DNA of 64,000 bases from Alphaproteobacteria bacterium (GCA_900768465.1 CAAGCY010000024.1:75794-139793); one strand, 5' to 3'; numbered from the stretch's first letter, positions 50,430-60,477 are shown. The notes: a model not told the origin generated them from the sequence alone. Numbers and translations are program-made.

Positions 50430-53137
50430 TCCTTCAGCACGGGAATTTTTTTGCCCTGATACAGGATTTTATCCGCCTTTTCGACGGGCGCGTCGACAAT
50501 GTCAAGCACGTCTTGAATCGCCAGCGCGTAATCGGCGAAAATCAAAACCGTTTGCGCAAAGGGGAAATGCTTTTTGTTCGAAGAATCTTTCAGCGGCAAC
50601 ATGTTCCCGTCAGCAATGAAAACGGGGCTGTTCGTTGCGCCGTCCATTTTGACACCGTCAAACGCTTCGATTTTCAAGACTTTGTCGACCGGAACCGCGC
50701 CCACGTTTTTGGAATCGCAGCGATAGACCAAATACGCCGCCATCGGCGCGGCGGATTGAATTTCGGGTTTTTCGACGGAAACGGGCAACGCCGCCCCCGT
50801 CATTTCCGGCGGACAAAGATTCAACAGGAACGATACGTCAATCCAATCCGCCCGCAAACCGCCCAGCGTTACGCACGGCTTTAAATAAGGCGTCTTTTCA
50901 TCGTTTGAATCCGCCACAAAAGAAACAAAAGCGTCCGTTTCCGTAATTTTTTGAACGGGCATCAAAAAATTGAAAATCCCCGCCTGCAAAACAATGCCCA
51001 AAACAGCGTCGCCGTCCTGCGTTCCGGGCAAGCTCAAAACGGGAAGAGTTTGTCCTTTGAAATCAAAACCGTTCTTGACGTCCGCGCCGTTCAAAGAAAA
51101 CGTTTCCGCCACCATATTCAGCGGAACTGCATATTTTCCCCCCGACACTTCAAAAGTCAGCACTTTGTCGAACAAATACTGTTTCGGCAAATAAAACTCC
51201 ACGCAAACGCCGCGATCGTCCCATATTCTGACCTGCCCCCCGCTTTGTTCCAGCAAACGAACGGCGTCCAGCAGTCCGCGCGATTGCTTGTCGCGCAAAA
51301 CCCGCGGATGGAACAAACAGCGCAGCAAACGGTTTTTCGACAGTTCGGCGGCGTCTTGAGGAGAACACAATCCAGCTTCGACCGCCGCGCCGCGGATTTT
51401 TTCAAACGGAACGGCGGACGAATTGTCGCAATACCGCACTTTCAAAAACGAGCCGCTTTGTTCAACGGACACCCGAACGGAAACGGTTTGCGTTTCGGGC
51501 GAAGCATAGCGCAGGGAGTTGTCCGTCAGCACGCGGAAAATCCTGTCCAAAGCGTCCCAAGCGCCGCAATCGACATCCATATCGGCGGCATCCGTGTCAA
51601 AAGTGTAAACCCTGTTCAGTTTTTGAGCCCGAACGGCAACAAAGTTTTGCAGTGAAACAAACAATTCGGACAACGGTTTCGACCGCGCCTTGCGAATGAA
51701 AGCGTACAATCCCGCGGCGGAACGGCTGTTGTCGCCTTCCAGCAATGCGGCAAAGTCTTTCTGTATCTTTTCGACATCGAACGGCCATCCCGCGGCGCGC
51801 AGTTCGGCGCGCAGTTTTTCGGCGGCGCGCTTGTCCGTTTCCAGTTCCTTGCTTGTTTGTTCCAACTGTTCGGATTTTGCATTCATTTCGTCGCTTAAAA
51901 CTTCTAAACGCCCCTGCAGATCCGTCAAGCGGCGTTCCGCGTTTTCTTTCGCGTCCAAAACATCTTCCGCGGATTGTTTGCTTTGCGTGAAATGTTCCGC
52001 CATTTCGTCGTACTTATGCTGCAGTTCCGATAAATCCGCCCCTATTCGGCAAGCGTTTTCCTCGCTGCGCGCATACTGCAGCTGCAAATTCTGCAAAGAA
52101 TTTTCGCTGTCGCGCAGCTGTTGCTTGGTCTGTTGCAATTCTTGGCGCAATTCGCTTTCGGTGCGGTTTTCGGCTTCTGATTTTTCGAACAATTCTTCCT
52201 CCAGCCGGCAAATCTGGCCGGTTAAGTCTTGAATGGTTTTGTTTTTTGATTCCAGCAGCTTGCGGTTTTCCTCCTGCCGCAAATCCTTGTCTTTGATTTG
52301 GGTACGCATTTGTTCGGATTCGGCGGTGTTTTGATTTAACTTGCCTTGCAAATCAACCAGTTCCCGCTCGACATCCGCGATTTTTTTGTCCTTGTCTTCT
52401 TTTTCGGCTTGCAAAACGCGGACGGTCTGTTTCAATTCCCGCATGCCGTTTGACTTTTCCGCCAAGAACCGGCGGGCGTCCTGCACTCCTTTTTCCTGCG
52501 TTTTCAAAAACGACAGTTTTTCATCCAGTTCGGCTTCGCGTTTCTGAATATCCGCCAAAACGGCGGCGATTTTGGTTTGAGCGTCGACGTTTTTCTTTTC
52601 GTCTTTGAAAATGCCGTTTTCACGCTTGTTCAAATCGTCTTCGCGGTTATCCAGCATTTTCGCGCGTAAAAGCAGTTGTTCTTCGCGACTGTCCAAATCG
52701 TGTTCCTGCAGCAGAACGTTTTTTTCCTTTTGAGACAGCAAGCGGGCGGTCTGCAGCAAAGCGGAAGCCGCCTGATTTGACGGACGCACATCCAACGGCG
52801 CGGCATTGTCCTCTTGCAACAAATCCGCATCGGATTCGCGGGGTTCGCGGCGCAGTTTGACGGCGGTCGCCATAATTTTTTTCAAACGGACGAATTTTTT
52901 CAAAACGGACGGGAGCGCGTCAATCGAACGGTTTTTCGATTCCGACAGCGCGGCGTCCGCCAGTTTGTACGCGCGCGGAAAAGCCGTAAAAGGTGCCGCA
53001 AAACGCACTTTTTCAAAAAAATCGATTATGCCGTTCCACGTTTCGCCGTCCGCGGGATTGCTTTCCAAACGGGGCAGTTTTTTTTCGACGGCTTCCATAT
53101 CGGCTTGCACTTCTGTCAAAAAAGCATCAATCAGCAT
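50426..53137 (-). CDS. degenerate CheA-like protein: His-less Hpt-like N-terminus, long coiled coil, pseudo-HATPase, two CheW-like domains
   Basis: The N-terminus resembles CheA P1 (LIDAFLTEVQADMEAVEKKL..FFEKVRFAAPFTAF) but has no His in residues 1-144. About 400 aa of heptad-rich coiled coil follow. The kinase-like region (IFRVLTDNSLRYA..) shows no recognisable N/G1/G2 ATP-binding boxes. Two CheW-like segments follow (YAVPLNMVAETFSL..LPVLSL and VGAVPVDKVLKIE..MLPLKD). Confidence 0.7.
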   Translation of the reverse strand: MLIDAFLTEVQADMEAVEKKLPRLESNPADGETWNGIIDFFEKVRFAAPFTAFPRAYKLADAALSESKNRSIDALPSVLKKFVRLKKIMATAVKLRREPRESDADLLQEDNAAPLDVRPSNQAASALLQTARLLSQKEKNVLLQEHDLDSREEQLLLRAKMLDNREDDLNKRENGIFKDEKKNVDAQTKIAAVLADIQKREAELDEKLSFLKTQEKGVQDARRFLAEKSNGMRELKQTVRVLQAEKEDKDKKIADVERELVDLQGKLNQNTAESEQMRTQIKDKDLRQEENRKLLESKNKTIQDLTGQICRLEEELFEKSEAENRTESELRQELQQTKQQLRDSENSLQNLQLQYARSEENACRIGADLSELQHKYDEMAEHFTQSKQSAEDVLDAKENAERRLTDLQGRLEVLSDEMNAKSEQLEQTSKELETDKRAAEKLRAELRAAGWPFDVEKIQKDFAALLEGDNSRSAAGLYAFIRKARSKPLSELFVSLQNFVAVRAQKLNRVYTFDTDAADMDVDCGAWDALDRIFRVLTDNSLRYASPETQTVSVRVSVEQSGSFLKVRYCDNSSAVPFEKIRGAAVEAGLCSPQDAAELSKNRLLRCLFHPRVLRDKQSRGLLDAVRLLEQSGGQVRIWDDRGVCVEFYLPKQYLFDKVLTFEVSGGKYAVPLNMVAETFSLNGADVKNGFDFKGQTLPVLSLPGTQDGDAVLGIVLQAGIFNFLMPVQKITETDAFVSFVADSNDEKTPYLKPCVTLGGLRADWIDVSFLLNLCPPEMTGAALPVSVEKPEIQSAAPMAAYLVYRCDSKNVGAVPVDKVLKIEAFDGVKMDGATNSPVFIADGNMLPLKDSSNKKHFPFAQTVLIFADYALAIQDVLDIVDAPVEKADKILYQGKKIPVLKD

Positions 53138-53153
53138 CGGAAGCCCCCTTTTT

Positions 53154-53774
53154 TCAAGCCGTAAAAGTCAGGGTAAAGCTCGTATCCGTCAGATTCGATT
53201 CAAACCCGAGCTTTTGTTCCGTCATCACCGCGCGGATAAACGCGGCACCTGCCGTTTTCGGGGACAAACCGTCCTTCCCGTTCAAAACATCAATCTGATG
53301 CGAATCCGTTTTCAGACTGTCCGCTTTGCCCGTCACGACAACCCGCTTTGTTCCCGCTTTGGCAACGACGGAAATTTTACCGCCGCGAATCATGCTTTCG
53401 GCAACGATTTGTCCCGCCAGCAAAATCACGCGGAACCAATACAGCGGCAGCTCGGCATCGACATCCCATTCGCATTCGAATCGCGCGGCGCGGTTTTCGA
53501 CGGATTTCAGCCAAGCTTCGAACAGTTGTTTTGTTACGCCCGAATCCGTCAAAGGACCGTCATTGCCGAACGCCGCCCTGAAAAAACGCAAGCGCGCCAG
53601 CAACACGTCCGCGCTGTTTGTCGCCAAAGCCAGCGTTTCTTCATCCGCGCCGCCGAATTCCGACAATAAATCCAAGCTGTTTGCCACAGCGCTCATCACG
53701 CCCGCCAAATCGTGGCTGAAGCGTGTTACGGCAACTTTCGACAAAACCAAATCCGTATCAGACACCGAAAACAC
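53154..53774 (-). CDS. chpT: histidine phosphotransferase ChpT
   Basis: TRFSHDLAGVMSAVANSLDLLSEF...LARLRFFRAAFG closely parallels Caulobacter ChpT (ARLCHDFISPASAIVSGLDLLED...LLQFTRVAFG). About 205 aa with a degenerate CA-like C-terminus. Confidence 0.7.
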   Translation of the reverse strand: MFSVSDTDLVLSKVAVTRFSHDLAGVMSAVANSLDLLSEFGGADEETLALATNSADVLLARLRFFRAAFGNDGPLTDSGVTKQLFEAWLKSVENRAARFECEWDVDAELPLYWFRVILLAGQIVAESMIRGGKISVVAKAGTKRVVVTGKADSLKTDSHQIDVLNGKDGLSPKTAGAAFIRAVMTEQKLGFESNLTDTSFTLTFTA

Positions 53775-53856
53775 CTTAATTTAATGATTTTAATCCCGCT
53801 TTGTTTTTTGTATACTAATTAAGTTAAGCAATGTTTACCAAACACAGGATTTAACC

Positions 53857-54078
53857 ATGACCAAAGTGCCTTCGACATTGCACGGTCTGACCGTCAACAC
53901 CGACCGAATCGCCGCGGCGTCAAAGCAACGCGTTTCAAACGGCGAAAAAGCCGTTTCCGCGACTGCTTTTCAGCGCGAACGTCCGTTCGACACGCAAAAC
54001 GCCGAATTCGTCGAATTGGACGGCAAGCGGTATTATTTGAACGCGCCGCGCGGCACTTATTTGAATATCTTGGTCTGA
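53857..54078 (+). CDS. hypothetical small protein (73 aa)
   Basis: ORF 12 nt upstream of the pilin-like gene, with a TATACT -10-like element upstream. No family recognised. Confidence 0.4.
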   Translation: MTKVPSTLHGLTVNTDRIAAASKQRVSNGEKAVSATAFQRERPFDTQNAEFVELDGKRYYLNAPRGTYLNILV

Positions 54079-54090
54079 AAGGGGCGGCAA

Positions 54091-54684
54091 ATGAACAACG
54101 GCGAACGGGGTTCCTCTTTAATCGAAGTAATGGGATTGCTGGCGATTGCGGGCATGATTGCCGTAACGCTGATGGGGGGGATTTCATCGGTCACGGGACG
54201 AATGAAAATCACGCAGGCGGAAAATCAGGTTTCGCGCATCGTTAAAAACATGCAAATCGGGTTTTCGGCGGACGTTCCCGAATTAACCGCGGAACATTCG
54301 GCTAAAAAACTGTTCCAAGCCGGCGTTTATTCGGAAGCGGACGTTTCCATCGACGGCGAAAATTACAGCGGCATCAACGTCTATGGCAGCCCTATGACGA
54401 TTGTGTCGGGATACCGCAACGGCTATCCTTATTTCGATTTGACATATTCCGACCTGCCCGCGCGCGTCTGTTCCGATTTGGCACAGGCAAACTTCGGCGA
54501 CGATCCGTCATCGGGATTGAAAAGCATCACCATCACCAACGAAGACAATCAAACCACCGTTTTCGAATGGGACAAGCCCGATTCGGACCCTCATCCGCCC
54601 CACAAATTACCGCCGTCCCTGCCGGACAGTATGGCTTCGTGCAAAGGATCGGCAAACAATATTACTTGGAGCTTTTACCTTTAG
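54091..54684 (+). CDS. type IV pilin / pseudopilin-like protein (prepilin-type N-terminal domain)
   Basis: ERG|SSLIEVMGLLAIAGMIAVTLMGG is a class III signal: a Gly, then a 5th-position Glu, then a hydrophobic helix. The C-terminal domain is about 170 aa. Confidence 0.6.
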   Translation: MNNGERGSSLIEVMGLLAIAGMIAVTLMGGISSVTGRMKITQAENQVSRIVKNMQIGFSADVPELTAEHSAKKLFQAGVYSEADVSIDGENYSGINVYGSPMTIVSGYRNGYPYFDLTYSDLPARVCSDLAQANFGDDPSSGLKSITITNEDNQTTVFEWDKPDSDPHPPHKLPPSLPDSMASCKGSANNITWSFYL

Positions 54685-55213
54685 CCGTTTCGCGGTGAAC
54701 AATCGGGAACGGAGCGTCCCATAAGCGACTGCCCGTTTTGGCTTCGGTTACGAACAAGTGCAGATAGTATTCCTGCCGTTTTTTCCGTCCTGCCAAATGA
54801 GCGGTGCGGTGCGTAATTTTTCCCGCAATGAAAAATTGCGGCGCGATTTTGCTTTTGGCGGACACGACGCGCACCTTGCGGCCGGATGCCAGCGCGTTTT
54901 TCAAATACTGCGCCGTCTGAGCCGCATCGAAATCATCCTTGCCCGTCGTATTGACAATTCGTCCGACGGCAACGACGTACTTGTCCCCGTCCACGCTGTC
55001 CAGCGTTCCCGATTTCAGCATATTGAAAACCGCCGTATTGACGGTGCGGCGCATATCCGCGCTTGTAAAATCCTTTTTCGGAGCGGGCGGAGCGACTTCG
55101 ACGGGAGCGGCAACAACGGGAGCGGGGGGCGGTTCAACAACGGGGGGCGTGCTTTGCGCCGACGTACAGCCGAACAAAATCGCACTTAAAGCCGCAATTG
55201 ATAGTTTTTTCAT
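54662..55213 (-). CDS. lipoprotein, LpoB-like (putative PBP activator)
   Basis: Lipobox ILFGC, a Pro-rich linker (PPVVEPPPAPVVAAPVEVAPPAP) and a ~140-aa globular domain reminiscent of LpoB/YcfM. The family call is tentative. Confidence 0.5.
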   Translation of the reverse strand: MKKLSIAALSAILFGCTSAQSTPPVVEPPPAPVVAAPVEVAPPAPKKDFTSADMRRTVNTAVFNMLKSGTLDSVDGDKYVVAVGRIVNTTGKDDFDAAQTAQYLKNALASGRKVRVVSAKSKIAPQFFIAGKITHRTAHLAGRKKRQEYYLHLFVTEAKTGSRLWDAPFPIVHRETAKGKSSK

Positions 55214-55354
55214 TCTGCCCTCTTCTTGCCGTAAACAAACTATGCGTTATCATAGCCGCAAACGGTTTGTTCTTGCACTCTTTTTTTCAAAACAACGTCG
55301 ATTTTATCGTTTTTTACCGTATTTCCGACAGAAAATCGCACCGTTTTTCCGCCT

Positions 55355-58300
55355 TTAGCGGCGACGGATAATGCCCGACGGTTTGGATACGGCGGCGGGA
55401 GCGGCTTGAACGGTCAAATCGGGCAAGTCCCCCGCGGGTTCCAAAACAGCGGCGGAATTATTGCTTTCGTCCCCCGAAGATCCGCGGCGGTGAATGGTCG
55501 CTTGCCGTTTCTTTTCCGCGGCGGCTTTTGCTTCCGCTTCGGCTTTCAAACGGGCTTCTTCGGCGGCTTTTGCTTCCGCTTCGGCTTTCAAACGGGCTTC
55601 TTCGGCAAGACGCGCCGCCTCGGCTTGCGCTTTGGTGCGTTCTTCGTATTCCCTTATCGCCTGATTTGCGCCCGCATTTTCCTGCATCGCCCCGTCGTAA
55701 ACGGTTTGCGCTTCCGACTGCAATACGGTCAGCTTTTCAAGCGTATTTTCGTTTTCCGCCTGATCTTCGATTTTTTTAAGCCTATCAACCAGTTTTATGA
55801 TTTTATCCATTGCTGTTTGAATTTGAGGAACTTCGGCATAACGCATTTTCTTCGTCGTCAAATCCGACAAAGCGGAATTGACTTGCGTCCGCAAATCCAA
55901 AATCCGCCCTTTAACCCCCAGCTTCATCGCCAGACGGTAGTCCTGATTCAGTTCGTTTTGGCGATTCAGCAGTTTTTCACGCGTCAACCGAGAGTATTTG
56001 GAAAAATCGTCCACTTTGATGTCGTTCGACCGCGCCGTTTTGCGGATATCGTCCAGCAAAGCTTCGGCGGCGGAGCGCGCTTCCGACAGCGGCGAAAAAT
56101 ACCGCTGCACCTGATACACGTCCGCATACGGCTTCAGATTTTCGATTTTTTTGACAAGCTCTTGCACGTCGGCGGCAAATTTGCCTTCCAGTTCAAACAA
56201 AGCTTTTTGCCGTTTTTCGTGTTCTTCGCGATTTTTCTTTTCTTTTGCGGCACTGGCTTTTTTGCGGTTTTCGGCATCCAGTTCCTGCTTTGCCTGATAT
56301 TGTTGAAGCGCGGCATCGGTCAAATCGCCGATATTGTCCCCGATAACAATCATCTGCCCCGATCGTTTTGTAATGTACAGCGCCAATTCGGAATCGTTGA
56401 CAGGCAATTTCAGTTCGACACGCAATTCGGCGGAAAGCAAATCCTCGGACATCCCGCCGATTTTATCAACCTTGTTTTTACCGTATTGAGCCTGCACATT
56501 GTCCGATATCAGCTTGCCGTTTCTGAGGGTGAAGGGCATTTCTCCTCTGTTAAACACGGTACTTCCGCTTAAAATCGCAGATTTAACCAATCCCGCCGTT
56601 TCGGGCGTCATATTTGCCAGCCGTTTTTCCGCGGCATCAATGTTCACCCCCGTCAAGACGGCTTTGTCGAAAAAGAATTTGCCCTCACCCGAAGCAGACG
56701 ATACGAAATCAAACATGGACGCGCCTTTGCCGTTGACGTTAAAATCAACAGCACCGTTTTCCAGTCCTTTGACATCAATGGCACCGGCATCGAACAGCGC
56801 CGCGGGAATACGAATATTGCCCGCATTTGCCGTCACAAGCATTTCAGGGACACCGTTTGTCAACGTTCCGTCCACCTGCAGACGCAAAGACGCCCCTTCC
56901 AAAGTGCCGTCCGTTACACCGATTTTGAAAGCATTTTCCGACGCCGTCAGCGACGCGGCAAAATTGTCCATCGAAAAACCGGGAACATAGAGCTTTTCCG
57001 CCCTTAAATCAAGTTGGAGATCGGCGTCTTTCGCAAAATCGAAATCGAATTTTTCCTTCGGCAAAGACAGCGTTTCCAACGCAGCCAAAGTTCCGTTGAC
57101 GGAAAACAGCTTTGCCTGTTCATCGACCTCTTTGGTTTTGAAATCGGGCCAAACGTTCAACGACGGCATCAGTTCGGCATAATACAGTTTGGTTGCCTCG
57201 GCGGACAAAGTCAGCTTTGGCTTTTCACCGCTTTTATCCCAGTCCAGCGTTCCTTTCAAAGCGCTGTGTCCGACGCTCAGTTCAACATCCGACAACTTGA
57301 CCCGCGACGGTTCGACGGCGACGCGCGCCGCCAGAGTCATCGCGCCGGGGTTGGCGGACATCGGACGGTATTTGTTGGTGAACAAGCGAACGAACTGTCT
57401 GAAGTTTTCATGCTTCACGGTTGTCAGGAAATTCAGCTCGTTTCCTTTTTCAAAGTGTTTGACCGTTCCGTCCGCCTCAACACCGAACGTTCCCGAACGC
57501 AAATTCGATTTGAATGCCAAATCGTCGGCGTTTCCGTTCAATACGGCGGAAAGGGACAATTTGTTTTGTTTCAGCAGCTCTTCCGGAAATTGCTCGATTC
57601 CGATATTTTTCAAAAACAGCGGCGCGTTGTCCGTTTTGACATCGACGGACAAATTTTCCAACAGCGTGTTTTCCCCGGGCTGTTTCAGCGTTCCCGCCAA
57701 TTTGATGTCCGCGCCCCACACATTTTGCGCCGAAATGTCTTTCAGAGTTACAATACCGTTTTGCGCGACAAAAGAAATTTTGGCATCCCGTGCGGATATG
57801 CCGCCGAACTTCAGCGAATCCGCCGTCAGATTGACCGCCGCGTCCGTATCGCCCGTAAAGCGCCAATAATCGGTCAGCGCCGCCGTTTTTTCGACAAAGC
57901 TTTGCGTTTTTGCATTTTCCCAGCGTTCCGCGAAAGCCTTGTCTTTGGTCGGGAAATACAGCGCCGCGTCAAAATTCGATACCGCCGCCGCGATTTGAAC
58001 GGCAGGCCGCGCACCGAAACGAACCGCCGCCGCACCGCGAATATTCTCGCCGTCCAGAACGGCATCGACGCCTTTGACCGACAAAGCGTTTTCCGCCGCT
58101 TTGACGACGGCTTTGACCGTAAAGGACTTCATCGCGCCCGACGACACGTCCTCATCGAAGGGAACACCCGCCCACCGCAAAAACGCCGCCAAGCTTTCGC
58201 CTTCCGCGCCGACGGCGAAATCCAGCACCGGCTTTTTCGCCAGCGTCAGCATTCCTCTGCCCGCAACATTCACTTCCCCCGGCAGCAACGCGCTCACGGT

Positions 58301-59602
58301 CGAAAGACGCAGTCCTTTTTCCACGGCGTCCGCCTTGACTTTCAATCGGCGTATCATGCTGTTTCTATATTCCGCCGCGTCAAACGTCAAATCAACGGCG
58401 ACTTTGTTTCTGCTTTTCGACGCGAACGTCCCCGAAGCCGCCAGAGCCTCCGCCATCGCTTTCAGATTGTTGAAGAACACGTCGCCCGCAAATTTCGTAA
58501 AGATAAAGGACACATCGTATTCTTTGGGCAGCAGGAATTCCGCCAGATTCGTTTCGACAGCGGGAGCGTCGTCAATGGACACGACCGTTTCGGGGTTGTT
58601 CGGATCGCGCAAAACCAAATCCAAATCGTCGACTTTTTCCTCTTGCGCCTGCAAAGCGCCGGCTTCTTCGGGCGAAAGGGTTTTGATTTTCACCGTTCCC
58701 GTGGCGGACGACTGCCCGTATTTGAACAAAAAGTCCGACAGCACGTTTTCGCGCGTCGCCGCCGTATTTTTGATTTTGACGCTGCCCACCAAAGGCTGGA
58801 ACAGTTCCGCAGGCAATTTTTGTTTGGAAAACAAAGCGAACAAAGCCTCTGTTTTCCGCACATCGAACGTCAGATTGCCCGTAATGTCGCCCTTGTCGCC
58901 TGCGCCCAAGCCGTATTTTCCCGAAAAACCGAAGGTCGCTTCGGCGGGGGCGTGAATGACGCGCAAAGACACGTCAGGCGATTCGCCTTTGCCGAATTTA
59001 TCCGCTTTGAACGAAAAGCCGAACGTCGTTCCCTTGGCGGCGACATTGCCTTCGAAAAAAAACGGTCCCGTCGCGGAATCCGCCAGCAGCTCGGCGTTCA
59101 TATTGTTCCACACGTCGACGGGCGTGTATTTGTCATGTTTGACGTTGACGACGGCATCGTTCACCAGCAGGCTGGAAAATCCCAGTTTCGCGCCGTTTTG
59201 CTGACGGTCGAAGAAAGCGGCTTGCCAGTTCCATTTGCCGTCCGGCAAGCGTTCCAAAAACAGCTTGGGATTCTTCAGAATGATTTTTTTGACGTGAACC
59301 TGACGTTTCAGCGCCAAGCCTTTGTCAAACTGGAATTCGGCGGACTGCGCCTCCAAAATTTGCGGGAAAGTTCCTTCGCGCACGTTGCTCAGCGTAACGG
59401 CGCCGACCTTCAGCGACGGCGAAGGGGTCATGAAAAACTGCGGCTTTCCTTGAATCCGCAACGTCAGTCCCGTTTGTTTGCGTACCTGTTCGGTCACCTC
59501 TTTGACATAGCCGTCCCAATCGTAATTCGACGGCATAACGTAATAGACAACCCCGCCCGCGACGGCAAGAATCAGGAATACGACAAACAGAAACTTTTTC
59601 AA
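55355..59602 (-). CDS. AsmA-family outer-membrane biogenesis protein (1415 aa)
   Basis: N-terminal TM and an AsmA-like N-domain (pattern similar to E. coli AsmA), a long beta-rich body, and a C-terminal Ala/Glu/Lys coiled coil. AGGAGG RBS. Confidence 0.85.
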   Translation of the reverse strand: MKKFLFVVFLILAVAGGVVYYVMPSNYDWDGYVKEVTEQVRKQTGLTLRIQGKPQFFMTPSPSLKVGAVTLSNVREGTFPQILEAQSAEFQFDKGLALKRQVHVKKIILKNPKLFLERLPDGKWNWQAAFFDRQQNGAKLGFSSLLVNDAVVNVKHDKYTPVDVWNNMNAELLADSATGPFFFEGNVAAKGTTFGFSFKADKFGKGESPDVSLRVIHAPAEATFGFSGKYGLGAGDKGDITGNLTFDVRKTEALFALFSKQKLPAELFQPLVGSVKIKNTAATRENVLSDFLFKYGQSSATGTVKIKTLSPEEAGALQAQEEKVDDLDLVLRDPNNPETVVSIDDAPAVETNLAEFLLPKEYDVSFIFTKFAGDVFFNNLKAMAEALAASGTFASKSRNKVAVDLTFDAAEYRNSMIRRLKVKADAVEKGLRLSTVSALLPGEVNVAGRGMLTLAKKPVLDFAVGAEGESLAAFLRWAGVPFDEDVSSGAMKSFTVKAVVKAAENALSVKGVDAVLDGENIRGAAAVRFGARPAVQIAAAVSNFDAALYFPTKDKAFAERWENAKTQSFVEKTAALTDYWRFTGDTDAAVNLTADSLKFGGISARDAKISFVAQNGIVTLKDISAQNVWGADIKLAGTLKQPGENTLLENLSVDVKTDNAPLFLKNIGIEQFPEELLKQNKLSLSAVLNGNADDLAFKSNLRSGTFGVEADGTVKHFEKGNELNFLTTVKHENFRQFVRLFTNKYRPMSANPGAMTLAARVAVEPSRVKLSDVELSVGHSALKGTLDWDKSGEKPKLTLSAEATKLYYAELMPSLNVWPDFKTKEVDEQAKLFSVNGTLAALETLSLPKEKFDFDFAKDADLQLDLRAEKLYVPGFSMDNFAASLTASENAFKIGVTDGTLEGASLRLQVDGTLTNGVPEMLVTANAGNIRIPAALFDAGAIDVKGLENGAVDFNVNGKGASMFDFVSSASGEGKFFFDKAVLTGVNIDAAEKRLANMTPETAGLVKSAILSGSTVFNRGEMPFTLRNGKLISDNVQAQYGKNKVDKIGGMSEDLLSAELRVELKLPVNDSELALYITKRSGQMIVIGDNIGDLTDAALQQYQAKQELDAENRKKASAAKEKKNREEHEKRQKALFELEGKFAADVQELVKKIENLKPYADVYQVQRYFSPLSEARSAAEALLDDIRKTARSNDIKVDDFSKYSRLTREKLLNRQNELNQDYRLAMKLGVKGRILDLRTQVNSALSDLTTKKMRYAEVPQIQTAMDKIIKLVDRLKKIEDQAENENTLEKLTVLQSEAQTVYDGAMQENAGANQAIREYEERTKAQAEAARLAEEARLKAEAEAKAAEEARLKAEAEAKAAAEKKRQATIHRRGSSGDESNNSAAVLEPAGDLPDLTVQAAPAAVSKPSGIIRRR
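55521..55604. repeat. perfect 42-nt tandem duplication inside asmA
   Basis: gcggcttttgcttccgcttcggctttcaaacgggcttcttcg occurs twice in tandem. It encodes a duplicated 14-aa EARLKAEAEAKAAE-type repeat in the C-terminal coiled coil. Confidence 0.8.
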
Positions 59603-59623
59603 AGAACCCCTCCTTGATTTGAA

Positions 59624-60280
59624 TTACCGCGTTTTCGTACCGAACAGACGGTCGCCCGCGTCCCCCAGCCCCGGAACGATGTAGCCGTGTTCGTTCAGCC
59701 GTTCGTCCAGCGAAGCGACGTAAACGGGAATGTCGGGATGATGCTGCGTCAGAACGCGCGCGCCTTCGGGGGCGGCGACCAAAGCCAAAAAGACGATTTT
59801 TTCCTTGGACACCCCTTTTTTCAGCAAAGTGTCGATTGCCGCCACGGCGGAATTGCCCGTCGCCAGCATCGGATCGACCAGAATGAACAAACGGTCGTCA
59901 ATCGGCGGCAGTTTGACCAGATATTCGACGGGTTTCAAAGTCTGCGGATCGCGGTACAGCCCGATGTGACCGACGCGCGCCGACGGAACCAGCTGCAGCA
60001 ATCCGTCCGCCATACCGATTCCCGCGCGCAGAATGGGAACAATCGCCAGCTTTTTACCCGCGATGACGGGCGCGCTCATTTTACAAATCGGCGTATCGAT
60101 TTCCTCGAACGTCAGCGGCAGATCGCGCGTGATTTCATATCCCATCAGCAGCGCGATTTCCTTGAGCAGCTCGCGAAACGTCCGAGTCGACGTCCCGACG
60201 TCGCGCATCAGCGTCAGCTTGTGCTGAATCAAGGGGTGTTTAATCACATGCAAATTGGGAAATTCGTTTGCTTCGGTCAT
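59624..60280 (-). CDS. upp: uracil phosphoribosyltransferase
   Basis: [15 protein letters not shown].. and the PRPP-binding motif [11 protein letters not shown]. Confidence 0.9.
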   Translation of the reverse strand: MTEANEFPNLHVIKHPLIQHKLTLMRDVGTSTRTFRELLKEIALLMGYEITRDLPLTFEEIDTPICKMSAPVIAGKKLAIVPILRAGIGMADGLLQLVPSARVGHIGLYRDPQTLKPVEYLVKLPPIDDRLFILVDPMLATGNSAVAAIDTLLKKGVSKEKIVFLALVAAPEGARVLTQHHPDIPVYVASLDERLNEHGYIVPGLGDAGDRLFGTKTR

Positions 60281-60477
60281 AGCGGTTCGTCCTACCTTTA
60301 AATAAAGAAAACTCCTTTTGTTATAAAGGACGCGGGCGGGAAAACCAACTTTTTTTTGAACATCCGCCTGTTTTTTTGGCTTTGCGGAAACACGCTTTTG
60401 ATTTTTTGGATTAAGTCTTGACGAAAGTTTGATTTTTGTCTTAGTGTGTACGAAATAACGTGCAAAGGTATCGACTT

